From IMG/VR virus record IMGVR_UViG_3300031951_000032: a DNA stretch of 64,000 bases, one strand, 5' to 3'. The DNA is from an uncultured virus (IMG/VR IMGVR_UViG_3300031951_000032) (taxonomy: Duplodnaviria > Heunggongvirae > Uroviricota > Caudoviricetes). A program made the position numbers and the translations under genes. Each line of letters begins with the position of its first letter. Position 1 is the first letter of the stretch. Of this stretch, positions 48,706 through 57,710 are shown one piece after another. A model generated the notes under the pieces. The model made no database searches. It had not been told where the DNA came from and saw nothing but the letters and a program-made list of their open reading frames with translations.

Positions 48706-50026
48706 GAAAACATTTGTAGAGCAACAATGGCAAGAATGGCAGGACAAAAATCCCGCCAGTTCTTTTTCCGATATTGATGTTGATTACCTGCGTGAAAAAG
48801 TTATACGTGAGTTGACTTATGTTTCACAAATGGATGTCAAAGAGTATACTTTGTATCAGAAATGGTGTGAAGTACAAGACAAATATCCTAGTAGAGAAGT
48901 TTCAACATTGTTTGGTGTTGAGAAACAACTAATTGATTTGTCACAAGCGGCATCTATTGAGGATGTCAAATCAAATATTTGGGTGCCAGAATCCGCTGAA
49001 GACTATTTGAATCTTAAACCTGTTCTAGAGTATACCGATGATTCTGGTGAAATTACAAAAACTGGTATTGATGGTTCTTCAGTAACAATCACAAAGAAAA
49101 GAAACAAGAAACTACCAGAAACTTGGAATACGATTCGTACATTCATCTCTACGATGAAAAACAATTCCAATATCGGTCGTAATCTAAACTTTATTGTCAA
49201 AGACGATGTTACTGGTAAATATCTTGGTGTGATTTGTATCTCATCAGATTTTCTTGATCTGACACCACGTGATAACTTTATTGGTTGGTCACGTGAACGT
49301 AAGACACAAGGTGCTATGATTAATCATACTGCTATTGGTTCTACGATTGTACCTTTTCAACCACTAGGCTTCAACTATGTTGGTGGTAAACTACTAGCAT
49401 TGTTGTGTCTGTCAGATGAAGTGCAAAATATCTGGAAAAGAGTTTATGGTGATGTGCTTGTTGGTGTTACCACAACTTCTCTTTATGGTAAAACTAAGGC
49501 GGGTGGTTTATCACAGTATGATAATCTAGATCATTGGCAGCCAATGGGTTTCACCTCTGGTTCTGTTTCATTTGAACCAGAAAAAGATACACGATATGAG
49601 ATTCGTGAATGGCTGAAAAAAAATCACACACGCAAATACTTTGAATGGTATGAAGCGGTAAAACCAAGTGGTCAGCCACACAAACGTGACCATAAGAATC
49701 GTTCTTTGAACTTTACTTATTCACAACTGAAAGTGCCTAAAGAACTCATTCGTTCTGAACATGCACGTGGCATTTACTTTAGTTCATTGTATACAAACAC
49801 AAACGATTTTCTTTGTGACCGAATCAAAGAAAGTGAATTAGTCAAGGCCTTTCCTACTGACTACGATTCATTAGTTGGTATCTGGAGAGACAAACATGCC
49901 AAAGGTCGTATCAAACAGTTGATGAAGAAAGACAATGTATCTTATGAAACACTGTTTTATGATGACTTAATTGAACTATCGTGGGAAGAGACCAAGGCTA
50001 AGTACCTACCGCAGGTCGGTCGTTAG
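48698..50026 (+). CDS. DUF4338/DruA-like protein
   Basis: GR.L.F.V.D...GKYLG.I...SD.....RD..IGW, P.QPLG.N..GGKLLALL, TTTSLYG, SQY pattern recalled for DUF4338. Confidence 0.55.
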   Translation: MDEKTFVEQQWQEWQDKNPASSFSDIDVDYLREKVIRELTYVSQMDVKEYTLYQKWCEVQDKYPSREVSTLFGVEKQLIDLSQAASIEDVKSNIWVPESAEDYLNLKPVLEYTDDSGEITKTGIDGSSVTITKKRNKKLPETWNTIRTFISTMKNNSNIGRNLNFIVKDDVTGKYLGVICISSDFLDLTPRDNFIGWSRERKTQGAMINHTAIGSTIVPFQPLGFNYVGGKLLALLCLSDEVQNIWKRVYGDVLVGVTTTSLYGKTKAGGLSQYDNLDHWQPMGFTSGSVSFEPEKDTRYEIREWLKKNHTRKYFEWYEAVKPSGQPHKRDHKNRSLNFTYSQLKVPKELIRSEHARGIYFSSLYTNTNDFLCDRIKESELVKAFPTDYDSLVGIWRDKHAKGRIKQLMKKDNVSYETLFYDDLIELSWEETKAKYLPQVGR

Positions 50027-50038
50027 CAAAAAAGCAAC

Positions 50039-50067
50039 TTGACAATCTCCAGCATACCAGTTATAAT
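50039..50067 (+). promoter_or_regulatory. Consensus sigma70-type early promoter
   Basis: TTGACA-17 bp-TATAAT, followed by GGT. Confidence 0.88.
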
Positions 50068-50096
50068 GGTGTGTACAGTTTGATATGGAGGTATTG

Positions 50097-50189
50097 ATGT
50101 CTTTTTTGCAACACTTTTCTGATGTGCTTGACAAACCCCGTCAAACCATATATAATGGTTACTCAGTGATTGACGAGGTTATCAAATGA
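50097..50189 (+). CDS. Possible 30-aa mini ORF (MSFLQHFSDVLDKPRQTIYNGYSVIDEVIK)
   Basis: SD GGAGG at 50087-50091; ends in ATGA overlap with the next gene; spans the second promoter. Confidence 0.35.
   Translation: MSFLQHFSDVLDKPRQTIYNGYSVIDEVIK
50128..50156 (+). promoter_or_regulatory. Consensus sigma70-type early promoter
   Basis: TTGACA-17 bp-TATAAT, followed by GGT. Confidence 0.88.
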
Positions 50190-52474
50190 GTAACATTCAA
50201 AATCAAAAGTCCGGTCTGGCCAAACTCATGGCCACCGAGAATCTTATCGTTCAACATGCCAAAGTTCCAACGGCAATGTTTGATCCTAAAAATCGTGTTC
50301 TAACCTGTCCTATTTGGGAACAAATGTCAGGCGACCTTTATGACTTGCTAATGGGTCATGAAGTTGGTCACGCTATTGATACTCCTGCCGATGGTTGGCA
50401 TGGTGCTGTACATGAACGTGGTGCAAACTACAAAGGCTTTTTGAATGTAGTTGAAGATGCACGTATTGAAAAACGACAAAAGCGCCGTTATCCTGGTCTG
50501 CGCCGTTCGTTTGTCAACGGTTTCAATGAACTCATGGACAAAGACTTCTTTGGTCTGGCTGGTCGTGATGTTAATACAATGTCGTTCATTGACCGTTTGA
50601 ACATCTATTCAAAATCTGGCTACACCATTCCTGTTGCATTCAATGCAAAAGAACAGGAGTTTGTTGAACGTGTTCAGACCTGTGAAACATGGGATGATGT
50701 TCTCAAAGTTACCAATGAGATTTGGGACTATTCAAAAGAAGAACAGTCTCAGACTAATATGCCTCAAGATAATTTTGAGTCCGATGAGGGTGATGAAGAT
50801 TATGAAACCCAACCTGGTTCAAATGAAGGTGATGCTGAGACTGATGGCGAAGGTGAACAAAAATCTAAGACTAAAGCCAAAGGTGAAGATGGTGATCAAG
50901 AAAATGAATCGGCATCAAACGCTAGCCAAGATGGTGAAGAGGAAGGTGATGATGAGGGTGAAGACAAAGATGGTGTAAATCGCACCAAAGAATCTCAGAG
51001 TGTACGTGAGGATCAAACTCCCGAACCACGGTGTGAGACTGATGAAAACTTCCGTCAGAATGAAGGCAAACTCATTGCGAAACATGCACGTGAGTATGTT
51101 TATGTTGATATACCTAAGCCGAATCTGACAAAGATTGTCACACCAGCAAAACGTGTACAGGAAGTTCTGACTGAAGAGTTTTCAAAACAGCGACCTTCTG
51201 ACTATCAATCAATTGCCAATACTTTGTACAATGATTTTCGTCGTAAGAATGAACGATTCATTTCATTGTTGGCAAAAGAATTTGAGATGCGTAAGGCTGC
51301 CGATAAGTTTTCTAAAGCGAAAACATCGTCAACTGGTGACATTGATGTAAGCCGTGTTTTCAAATATCAGATTGATGATAACATTTTCAAAAAAGTTATG
51401 CGTGTGCCTAAAGGTAAATCGCACGGCTTGATTTTGTTGCTTGATAAGTCTGGTTCAATGTCAGAGAATCTTGGTGCATCATATGAACAGATACTTGTGT
51501 TGGCTACCTTCTGCCGCAAAGTAAACATTCCATTTGCAGCATATGGTTTCGGTAATGCTGATCATGTTCGTGAAACGATTGACTACCGTGAAGAACCTGG
51601 TACAGGTAAATCTTATGGTTGTTTCTCTGAAAACAATCGTGAGATGCACTTGTCTTCGGTGTATCTTCGTGAGTTAATTAACTCAAAGATGAGTAACTCA
51701 GAATTTTCTAAGGCAACAAAGAATATTCTGTGTCTCATGAATGCTTGGTCTGGTGGTCGTTATTCTAGAGGTGCTAATTTTTATCGCCCACAATCCGATT
51801 CACTGTCCAATACACCGTTGACTGAGGCGATGATTGCTTGCCAATCAATTATCAAAGAGTTCCGCACTGTGAACAATCTTGATATTGTAAACTTGTGTGT
51901 GGTTCATGATGGTGATGCTGATGATATCAATTCATATCACAAACCGAATGAAGGTGAAAGCATCAATGGCAACCGAAACTTCTTCAGTACAAATTATCAG
52001 AACGTTTTTCTATGTGATAAGAAAAACAAAATTCAACAAGCGGTACCTGAAGGTGATGATGGTATTCGTATTGCCATTAGTAATTGGTTGACGAAAACAA
52101 CCGGTGTAAAAATCATCGGCTTCTATTTGTCGCCCAACTACATGATGAAAAATGCTGTACGCCGCCGTTTGTTTAATGATGAAATTAATGAACTGCGTAA
52201 ATCACCACGTGAGAATTACTATCAATTGAAAGATGCGTATTCAAAGTACATGAAATTGATTCGCAAAGATAAGTATCTTGAATCAAAGAATGTTGGCTAT
52301 GAATCATTCTTTATTCTACCAGGTGGTAGTGATTTGAATATTGAGGATGAAGACTTTGAGGCACCAACAAAAGTTACCACCTCAACTTTGACCAAGGCGT
52401 TCAGTAAGTATACCAAAAATCGTCAAGTCAACCGTGTTCTGGTATCACGTTTCATCGGTATGATAGCAGTTTGA
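50186..52474 (+). CDS. CobT-like protein: HExxH peptidase-like N-domain, acidic linker, VWA domain
   Basis: HEVGHA, NVVEDARIE, D/E-rich linker, LLLDKSGSM MIDAS, NTPL.EA, DGDA. Confidence 0.8.
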   Translation: MSNIQNQKSGLAKLMATENLIVQHAKVPTAMFDPKNRVLTCPIWEQMSGDLYDLLMGHEVGHAIDTPADGWHGAVHERGANYKGFLNVVEDARIEKRQKRRYPGLRRSFVNGFNELMDKDFFGLAGRDVNTMSFIDRLNIYSKSGYTIPVAFNAKEQEFVERVQTCETWDDVLKVTNEIWDYSKEEQSQTNMPQDNFESDEGDEDYETQPGSNEGDAETDGEGEQKSKTKAKGEDGDQENESASNASQDGEEEGDDEGEDKDGVNRTKESQSVREDQTPEPRCETDENFRQNEGKLIAKHAREYVYVDIPKPNLTKIVTPAKRVQEVLTEEFSKQRPSDYQSIANTLYNDFRRKNERFISLLAKEFEMRKAADKFSKAKTSSTGDIDVSRVFKYQIDDNIFKKVMRVPKGKSHGLILLLDKSGSMSENLGASYEQILVLATFCRKVNIPFAAYGFGNADHVRETIDYREEPGTGKSYGCFSENNREMHLSSVYLRELINSKMSNSEFSKATKNILCLMNAWSGGRYSRGANFYRPQSDSLSNTPLTEAMIACQSIIKEFRTVNNLDIVNLCVVHDGDADDINSYHKPNEGESINGNRNFFSTNYQNVFLCDKKNKIQQAVPEGDDGIRIAISNWLTKTTGVKIIGFYLSPNYMMKNAVRRRLFNDEINELRKSPRENYYQLKDAYSKYMKLIRKDKYLESKNVGYESFFILPGGSDLNIEDEDFEAPTKVTTSTLTKAFSKYTKNRQVNRVLVSRFIGMIAV

Positions 52475-52488
52475 TAACATACCACCGC

Positions 52489-52517
52489 TTGACAAAGTGG
52501 TGGTATCCTTATATAAT
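52489..52517 (+). promoter_or_regulatory. Consensus sigma70-type early promoter with -35 inside an inverted repeat
   Basis: TTGACA-17 bp-TATAAT(GGT); ATACCACC...GGTGGTAT flanks the -35. Confidence 0.88.
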
Positions 52518-52549
52518 GGTAGTTCCTAAAGTGATGGAGAATTTATATT

Positions 52550-53731
52550 ATGACAAGTCGTGCTAATAAACGTCAGGCTTTTATTGATGCTCTTAATGCA
52601 ACTGGTAAGGCTGAGGTATCGTTGTCAGAAGTGAAAGACATTGCCTCCGATGCTGGTCTGGCGATTCCCTACTGGTTCACTAACGATGAGAGTAATAAGG
52701 TCAAACGTGGTGTATATCGTGTTCCTGGCGCCTCTGGTGCTACACCAGCCATCAGTCTGGCTGCACAGGTAATACCTATGGCAAAACCCGAACCTGTGCA
52801 AGGTAATCGTATTGCAAATGTGACAACTGATCTTGAACTTGAGAATCTGGTTCCTTTTCAATATGACAACTATGTTCCTTTTGGCAACTTTGATGATGTG
52901 TTGTCAATTGTGAAATCAAAACAATTCTTCCCTGTGTTCATCACTGGTCAATCTGGTAACGGTAAGACCATGAGTATTGAACAGGCTTGCGCCAAAGCAA
53001 AACGCAAATTCGTTTGCGTATCAATGACACCTGATTCTGATGAGAGTGATTTGCTTGGTAACTATGTTCTGATCAACGGTCAAATGGAATGGCGTGACGG
53101 TCCTGTGACTGTGGCAGCCCGCCAAGGTGCTGTACTCTGTATTGATGAGATTGACTACGGCGCTCAGAATCTTTCCTGCTTACAACGGGTACTTGAGGGT
53201 AAGCCATTCTTGCTAAAGAAAAAGAATGAACTGGTTACACCTGCGCCAGGTTTTACCGTGTTTGCTACCGCTAACACAAAAGGTAAAGGCTCTGAAGATG
53301 GTCGCTATATGTTTACCAATGTATTGAATGAGGCGTTTCTTGAGCGTTTCCCAAATACAATGGAGCAAGAGTTTCCACCTGCACGTATTGAAGAAAAAAT
53401 TATCAACAAAGAACTTGATTCAGTCGGTCGTTCTGATGATGTATTTGCCAAAAATCTAGTTACTTGGGCTAATACGATTCGTAATACCTTTGCTGATGGT
53501 GGTTGTGATGAGGTTATTTCAACCCGCCGTTTGGTACACATTGTGAAAACATTCGGTATTTACGGTGATAAGAAAAAAGCGATTGAGTATTGCTTGAATC
53601 GTTTTGATGCCGATACTAAGATTACCTTCCTTGATCTGTATACTAAGATTGATGCTGGTATTGATCCTAGTGAATTGGTATCAACTGAACAGATTGAACC
53701 GGTAACAACTTCTGAAGAACAGCCGTTTTAA
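52550..53731 (+). CDS. cobS: MoxR/CobS-like AAA+ ATPase
   Basis: GQSGNGKT, LCIDEID, ATANTKG.G, NEAFLERF, ISTRRL. Confidence 0.88.
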   Translation: MTSRANKRQAFIDALNATGKAEVSLSEVKDIASDAGLAIPYWFTNDESNKVKRGVYRVPGASGATPAISLAAQVIPMAKPEPVQGNRIANVTTDLELENLVPFQYDNYVPFGNFDDVLSIVKSKQFFPVFITGQSGNGKTMSIEQACAKAKRKFVCVSMTPDSDESDLLGNYVLINGQMEWRDGPVTVAARQGAVLCIDEIDYGAQNLSCLQRVLEGKPFLLKKKNELVTPAPGFTVFATANTKGKGSEDGRYMFTNVLNEAFLERFPNTMEQEFPPARIEEKIINKELDSVGRSDDVFAKNLVTWANTIRNTFADGGCDEVISTRRLVHIVKTFGIYGDKKKAIEYCLNRFDADTKITFLDLYTKIDAGIDPSELVSTEQIEPVTTSEEQPF

Positions 53732-53734
53732 TTC

Positions 53735-53763
53735 TTGACAGAGGCTTAGTCCTCTGTTAGGAT
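53735..53763 (+). promoter_or_regulatory. Sigma70-type promoter with hairpin spacer
   Basis: TTGACA-17 bp-TAGGAT; ACAGAGG...CCTCTGT inverted repeat over -35/spacer. Confidence 0.6.
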
Positions 53764-53770
53764 TATATTT

Positions 53771-53812
53771 GTGTCACTGAACAAACAATGTTTAAGTAAG
53801 TGACACTTTTTT
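53771..53812 (+). terminator. Terminator/attenuator-like hairpin in the leader of the nuclease gene
   Basis: GTGTCACT...AGTGACAC followed by TTTTTT; loop is long (20 nt). Confidence 0.5.
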
Positions 53813-53852
53813 AAACTCTGACTACTGGTCAGAAACTAAACTAGGAGAAATT

Positions 53853-55229
53853 ATGAAATACAATACACTGCATTGCTATAATGCATCCTTCAAACTTATT
53901 GATCCGCAACTTTTTGACTTGCGTAAAAAAACAGGTCTAGACCTTTCCTTTCAATCATCTGCACGATGGTCTGATGATACAAAAACCGCATTTGTAACAT
54001 CACTTGTTACAGGCATGGCACCATCAAAAATTGTTCTTTGTAATGTCGAGAAGTGCCTTGAAAATGTTATCGAGGGTTCAGATGACTGGAAATACTTCAA
54101 ATATTGGCAAGACCAAGGATATGAATGGATTTCAATTGACGGTAACAACCGCACCATTACTATCAATGAATTTTTAGAAGGCAAAATTTCCATTGCACAT
54201 GGAGATTATACACTGCCTAATGGTACAACGGTACACGTTGATAAAACCTGCGACAATTATAATACATTCAAGAAAATTTTCCGCAAATATGTTGATGAGT
54301 ATGTGCAAGTGGCTTATGTTGCATATACGAATGCTACACGTTATGATATGACACAATTGTTTTTGAATATCAATGACGGTGTATCTCTTAACTCACAAGA
54401 AAAACTAAATGCTATTCTAGTTCCTTTTTCGGGTTGGGTTCGTGATCGTGTTAAAGAACACTATCCAGTTTTGAAAAAAGTTTTTCCAACAGAGAAACAA
54501 TTTGTTCGCCGTTCTATTGATGACTTTATTGTTTCAATGGCAATTTACTCAACGTTTGGCACCCAAAAAACAATTCAATTGGGTGAAAAGAAAAAAGCCT
54601 ATGAAGATGACTCTGCGGTATCACGTGGTACAAATCGTGCAGAGAAACGCATTGAAGAAGTTCTGCGCCTTGTGAAAAAATATGCTGATGATGGTTTTAA
54701 AAACTCATCAACATTATTCAATCTTTATATGTTGACTACACATATTCAAGACAACAACATGAAAATTTTGAATGAAGGTGATTTTTTCAAGTGGTTTATG
54801 GCTACAGAGAATCGTTTGATTGCAAATGATAAACCAATCATGACAACTTCAGGTGGTGAATCACGTACTTATAGTTCATGTAATGATACCATGTCTGCAC
54901 CAGAATTGACTGCACGTAAAGATACTTTGTTGCGTGAGTTCAATAAAGTTGATTGCCTTGGTAAACTTGTGACTGCACGTGATAAAGAACGTTTTTATAC
55001 ACAAGCACAGAAGTATGAATTATGGTCAAAACAAGGTGGTGTTTGCCCTAAAACTGGTAAAGAAATTCCAGAACATGAGATCAACAATCACAAAAAGTGG
55101 CAAGCCGATCACATTCTACCACACGATCTAGGTGGTGAAACTACTATTGAAAACGGTCAACTTGTTTGCGCTGAATACAACAATAAAAAAGGTAATCGTT
55201 GGTCTGATCAAGCGGTAACATTTGCTTAA
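53853..55229 (+). CDS. DUF262 (ParB-like) + HNH protein, GmrSD-like
   Basis: FQ...RW, IDGNNRT, LF.NIN.G..LN.QE, then CP.TG...ADHILP...GG.T..ENGQ..C..YN..K. Confidence 0.75.
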   Translation: MKYNTLHCYNASFKLIDPQLFDLRKKTGLDLSFQSSARWSDDTKTAFVTSLVTGMAPSKIVLCNVEKCLENVIEGSDDWKYFKYWQDQGYEWISIDGNNRTITINEFLEGKISIAHGDYTLPNGTTVHVDKTCDNYNTFKKIFRKYVDEYVQVAYVAYTNATRYDMTQLFLNINDGVSLNSQEKLNAILVPFSGWVRDRVKEHYPVLKKVFPTEKQFVRRSIDDFIVSMAIYSTFGTQKTIQLGEKKKAYEDDSAVSRGTNRAEKRIEEVLRLVKKYADDGFKNSSTLFNLYMLTTHIQDNNMKILNEGDFFKWFMATENRLIANDKPIMTTSGGESRTYSSCNDTMSAPELTARKDTLLREFNKVDCLGKLVTARDKERFYTQAQKYELWSKQGGVCPKTGKEIPEHEINNHKKWQADHILPHDLGGETTIENGQLVCAEYNNKKGNRWSDQAVTFA

Positions 55230-55245
55230 TTTTTCACTATTGCCT

Positions 55246-55274
55246 AAGAGAGTGTTGACACACTCTCTTTTTTT
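55246..55274 (+). terminator. Rho-independent terminator overlapping a promoter -35
   Basis: AAGAGAGTGT-tgac-ACACTCTCTT then T run. Confidence 0.8.
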
Positions 55275-55283
55275 GTATATACT
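55255..55283 (+). promoter_or_regulatory. Sigma70-type promoter
   Basis: TTGACA-17 bp-TATACT. Confidence 0.8.
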
Positions 55284-55292
55284 ATTAACTAT

Positions 55293-55333
55293 GTAGAGAA
55301 AAGTCGCCTCTACTATTCATTTTTCGTGCGACT
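55293..55333 (+). promoter_or_regulatory. Predicted H-type RNA pseudoknot in 5' leader
   Basis: S1 GTAGAG/CTCTAC, S2 AGTCGC/GCGACT, loop 1 AAA, both stems perfect Watson-Crick. Confidence 0.6.
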
Positions 55334-55354
55334 AATTTTTATGGAGTAAATTGA

Positions 55355-55618
55355 ATGTCTGCTAAAGAGAAAATTCTAAAGTTCCTTTCTAAGGACGGTC
55401 CTTACAATACCTTGACTTCTGCACAAGCACGTGCCCGTTTCGGTATCGTAAACGTTGGTGCCCGCATTGAAGAACTTCGTGCTGAAGGCTACTGCATCTA
55501 TACCAACAAGAAAACTCTTGCTGATGGTCGTCGTATCACTTACTACAAACTCGGCAAACCAACCAAAGAAATGGTTGCTATGGCACATGCTGTTCTTGGA
55601 GCAGAAGCGTTTGCCTAA
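55355..55618 (+). CDS. Small winged-HTH DNA-binding protein
   Basis: 87 aa; KIL..L....TLT..QA..RFG..N..ARI.ELR..GY.I; SD GGAG. Confidence 0.75.
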   Translation: MSAKEKILKFLSKDGPYNTLTSAQARARFGIVNVGARIEELRAEGYCIYTNKKTLADGRRITYYKLGKPTKEMVAMAHAVLGAEAFA

Positions 55619-55637
55619 ATTAGGCTAGAAACTGGTG

Positions 55638-55677
55638 GAGTGAGAGCATATATATTATGTGTTCTCACTCTTTTTTT
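55638..55677 (+). terminator. Rho-independent terminator
   Basis: GAGTGAGAGCATAT...ATGTGTTCTCACTC then TTTTTTT. Confidence 0.8.
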
Positions 55678-55688
55678 ATGGATAAATT

Positions 55689-56504
55689 ATGCAATTACAA
55701 GTTAACCTTGAAGAACTGAGAAAGAATAAACTGTTCGTGGCTACACCAATGTATGGTGGTATGAATCACGGTTTGTATATGAAGTCTTGCCTTGACTTAC
55801 AAACTATCATGATTCGTTATGGCATTGAAACAAAGTTTTCTTTTCTCTTCAACGAATCACTCATCACAAGAGCAAGAAACTATTTGGTAGATGAGTTTCT
55901 ACGCACAGATTTTACACACATGATGTTCATTGATTCGGACATTCACTTTGATCCGAATGATATCGTAGCACTGATGGCATTAGATAAAGATGTTATTGGT
56001 GGTCCTTATCCCAAGAAGTCAATCAACTGGGGCAACATTGCGGAAACAGCCCGCAAACATCCAGACCTGAATCCAAAAGAACTTGAGAATCTTGTTGGTG
56101 AATACGTATTCAACGTAGTAAAAGGCACACAACAATTCCAAGTATCCGAGCCATTAGAAGTAATGGAAATTGGTACAGGTCATATGATGATCAAGCGTCA
56201 GGTGTTTGATAAGATGAAAGAAGAATATCCTTTCATTCGTTATAAGCCCGATCATATTGGTCAAGCACATTTCGATGGCTCACGTTACATTCATGCATAC
56301 TTTGATACCGTGATTGACACAACTGATTCATGTGTTGGTGGTGGCTCTGAGCGTTATCTGTCAGAAGATTATATGTTCTGTCAAATGTGGCGCAAGATGG
56401 GTGGAAACATTTGGTTGTGTCCTTGGATGAGAACTCAGCATATCGGTACATACGCATTTACTGGCAACATGCCCGCTGTTGCTCAGTATACCGGTAGACT
56501 TTGA
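55689..56504 (+). CDS. Glycosyltransferase-like protein (GT-A fold)
   Basis: VATPMYGG, NESLITRARN, FIDSDI (DxD), GTG.M.IKR, SEDY.FC, H.G. Confidence 0.65.
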   Translation: MQLQVNLEELRKNKLFVATPMYGGMNHGLYMKSCLDLQTIMIRYGIETKFSFLFNESLITRARNYLVDEFLRTDFTHMMFIDSDIHFDPNDIVALMALDKDVIGGPYPKKSINWGNIAETARKHPDLNPKELENLVGEYVFNVVKGTQQFQVSEPLEVMEIGTGHMMIKRQVFDKMKEEYPFIRYKPDHIGQAHFDGSRYIHAYFDTVIDTTDSCVGGGSERYLSEDYMFCQMWRKMGGNIWLCPWMRTQHIGTYAFTGNMPAVAQYTGRL

Positions 56505-56770
56505 TCGACTACAAATACAGTGAAGACCGTATTCTTGAAGAGTTAAAAAAATACATCGACAAGACATACGGTCAACACTACTCACTAAACAAATTCCAAA
56601 CTTCAGAATTCATTATAGACTGTGGGCACGGTGAAGGATTCTTTATTGGAAACATCATGAAGTATGCACAGCGTTACGGCAAAAAGAACGGCTATAATCG
56701 AGATGACTTGTTAAAAGTTGTACACTATGCTATAATGGCCTTACATAATCATGACTTGACGAGGAAATAA
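56501..56770 (+). CDS. DUF3310-like conserved phage protein
   Basis: TY.QHY, GEGF..GNI.KY..RYGKK.G....DL.K..HY; usual position before gp45. Confidence 0.65.
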   Translation: MIDYKYSEDRILEELKKYIDKTYGQHYSLNKFQTSEFIIDCGHGEGFFIGNIMKYAQRYGKKNGYNRDDLLKVVHYAIMALHNHDLTRK

Positions 56771-56773
56771 ATC

Positions 56774-57454
56774 ATGAAACTTTCAAATGAAACTCTGTCT
56801 GTATTGAAAAACTTTGCCAGTATTAATCAAGGCATTCTTTTCAAACCAGGCAAAACAATTCGTACCATTTCTACTCATAAGAATATTCTTGCTGAGGCTG
56901 TTGTCTCTGAAGAAATTCCAAAAGAGTTTGGTGTATATGATCTGAACAACTTTTTGTCCGTTCTTTCACTACACAAAGAAGAACCTGTGATTGACTTTGA
57001 TGAGGCAAATGTTCTCATCTCTGGTCTACAAGGTCGCAGCAAAATCAAATATCGCTTCTGTGCATCAAGCATGATCGTTGCTGCACCAGATAAGAATCTG
57101 GAACTCAACAATCCAGAAATCAAATTTGATTTGAGTGCAGAAGACTTTGATTGGATTCTTCGTGCTGCCAATGTCCTTTCTTCACCACATATTGCTATTG
57201 AATCTGATGGTAGTAAAGTTTCTGTAACTGCATTTGATTTGCAGAATGATGCAGCACACACAGAATCTCTTGAAGTGTCAAAGAGCAATGGTGACAAGTA
57301 CAAGATGCTGTTCAAAACAGAGAATTTGAAGATGCTTGCTGGTGCTTATTCAGTAACTATCTCTTCAAAGGGTATTGCACACTTCAAACACAAATCAATG
57401 AGCATTCAGTATTGGATTGCAACTGAAGCAGGCTCAAAATATGAGAAAGGTTAA
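56774..57454 (+). CDS. gp45: Sliding clamp
   Basis: MKLS..T...LKNFA.IN.GI, FG.YDL..FL, K.ENL.M..G.Y, Y.IA.E. Confidence 0.94.
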   Translation: MKLSNETLSVLKNFASINQGILFKPGKTIRTISTHKNILAEAVVSEEIPKEFGVYDLNNFLSVLSLHKEEPVIDFDEANVLISGLQGRSKIKYRFCASSMIVAAPDKNLELNNPEIKFDLSAEDFDWILRAANVLSSPHIAIESDGSKVSVTAFDLQNDAAHTESLEVSKSNGDKYKMLFKTENLKMLAGAYSVTISSKGIAHFKHKSMSIQYWIATEAGSKYEKG

Positions 57455-57456
57455 TC

Positions 57457-57672
57457 ATGGGTAAGTTTGTTATTTTTACAAATGCATCACTAAACCACGA
57501 TGGTGATTCAATCGCTATCAATAAAGACATTGTTGCATCAGTCTTTGAACTAATTCAGCCAGATTCAAATGCACAACTACAACCAAGAACTGTTATTTAC
57601 GGTGTCAATAATATTGATTGGCAAGTTAAAGAACCATATCTTGAAGTGCTTGCAAAATTGAACGCTGACTGA
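57457..57672 (+). CDS. Hypothetical protein
   Basis: 71 aa; SD AAAGG; fills the gp45-gp44 gap. Confidence 0.6.
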   Translation: MGKFVIFTNASLNHDGDSIAINKDIVASVFELIQPDSNAQLQPRTVIYGVNNIDWQVKEPYLEVLAKLNAD

Positions 57673-57678
57673 TATAAT
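57650..57678 (+). promoter_or_regulatory. Sigma70-type promoter upstream of gp44
   Basis: TTGCAA-17 bp-TATAAT with extended TGn. Confidence 0.55.
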
Positions 57679-57710
57679 ATATTACATTATGATTTTTGTG
57701 AAAGGTTACC

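Noticed and set aside
50186..53731. Cobalamin biosynthesis (cobS/cobT) supplying the B12 radical SAM enzyme
   Set aside because: No cobN or other cob genes are present; phage CobS/CobT-like proteins are generic MoxR/VWA modules.
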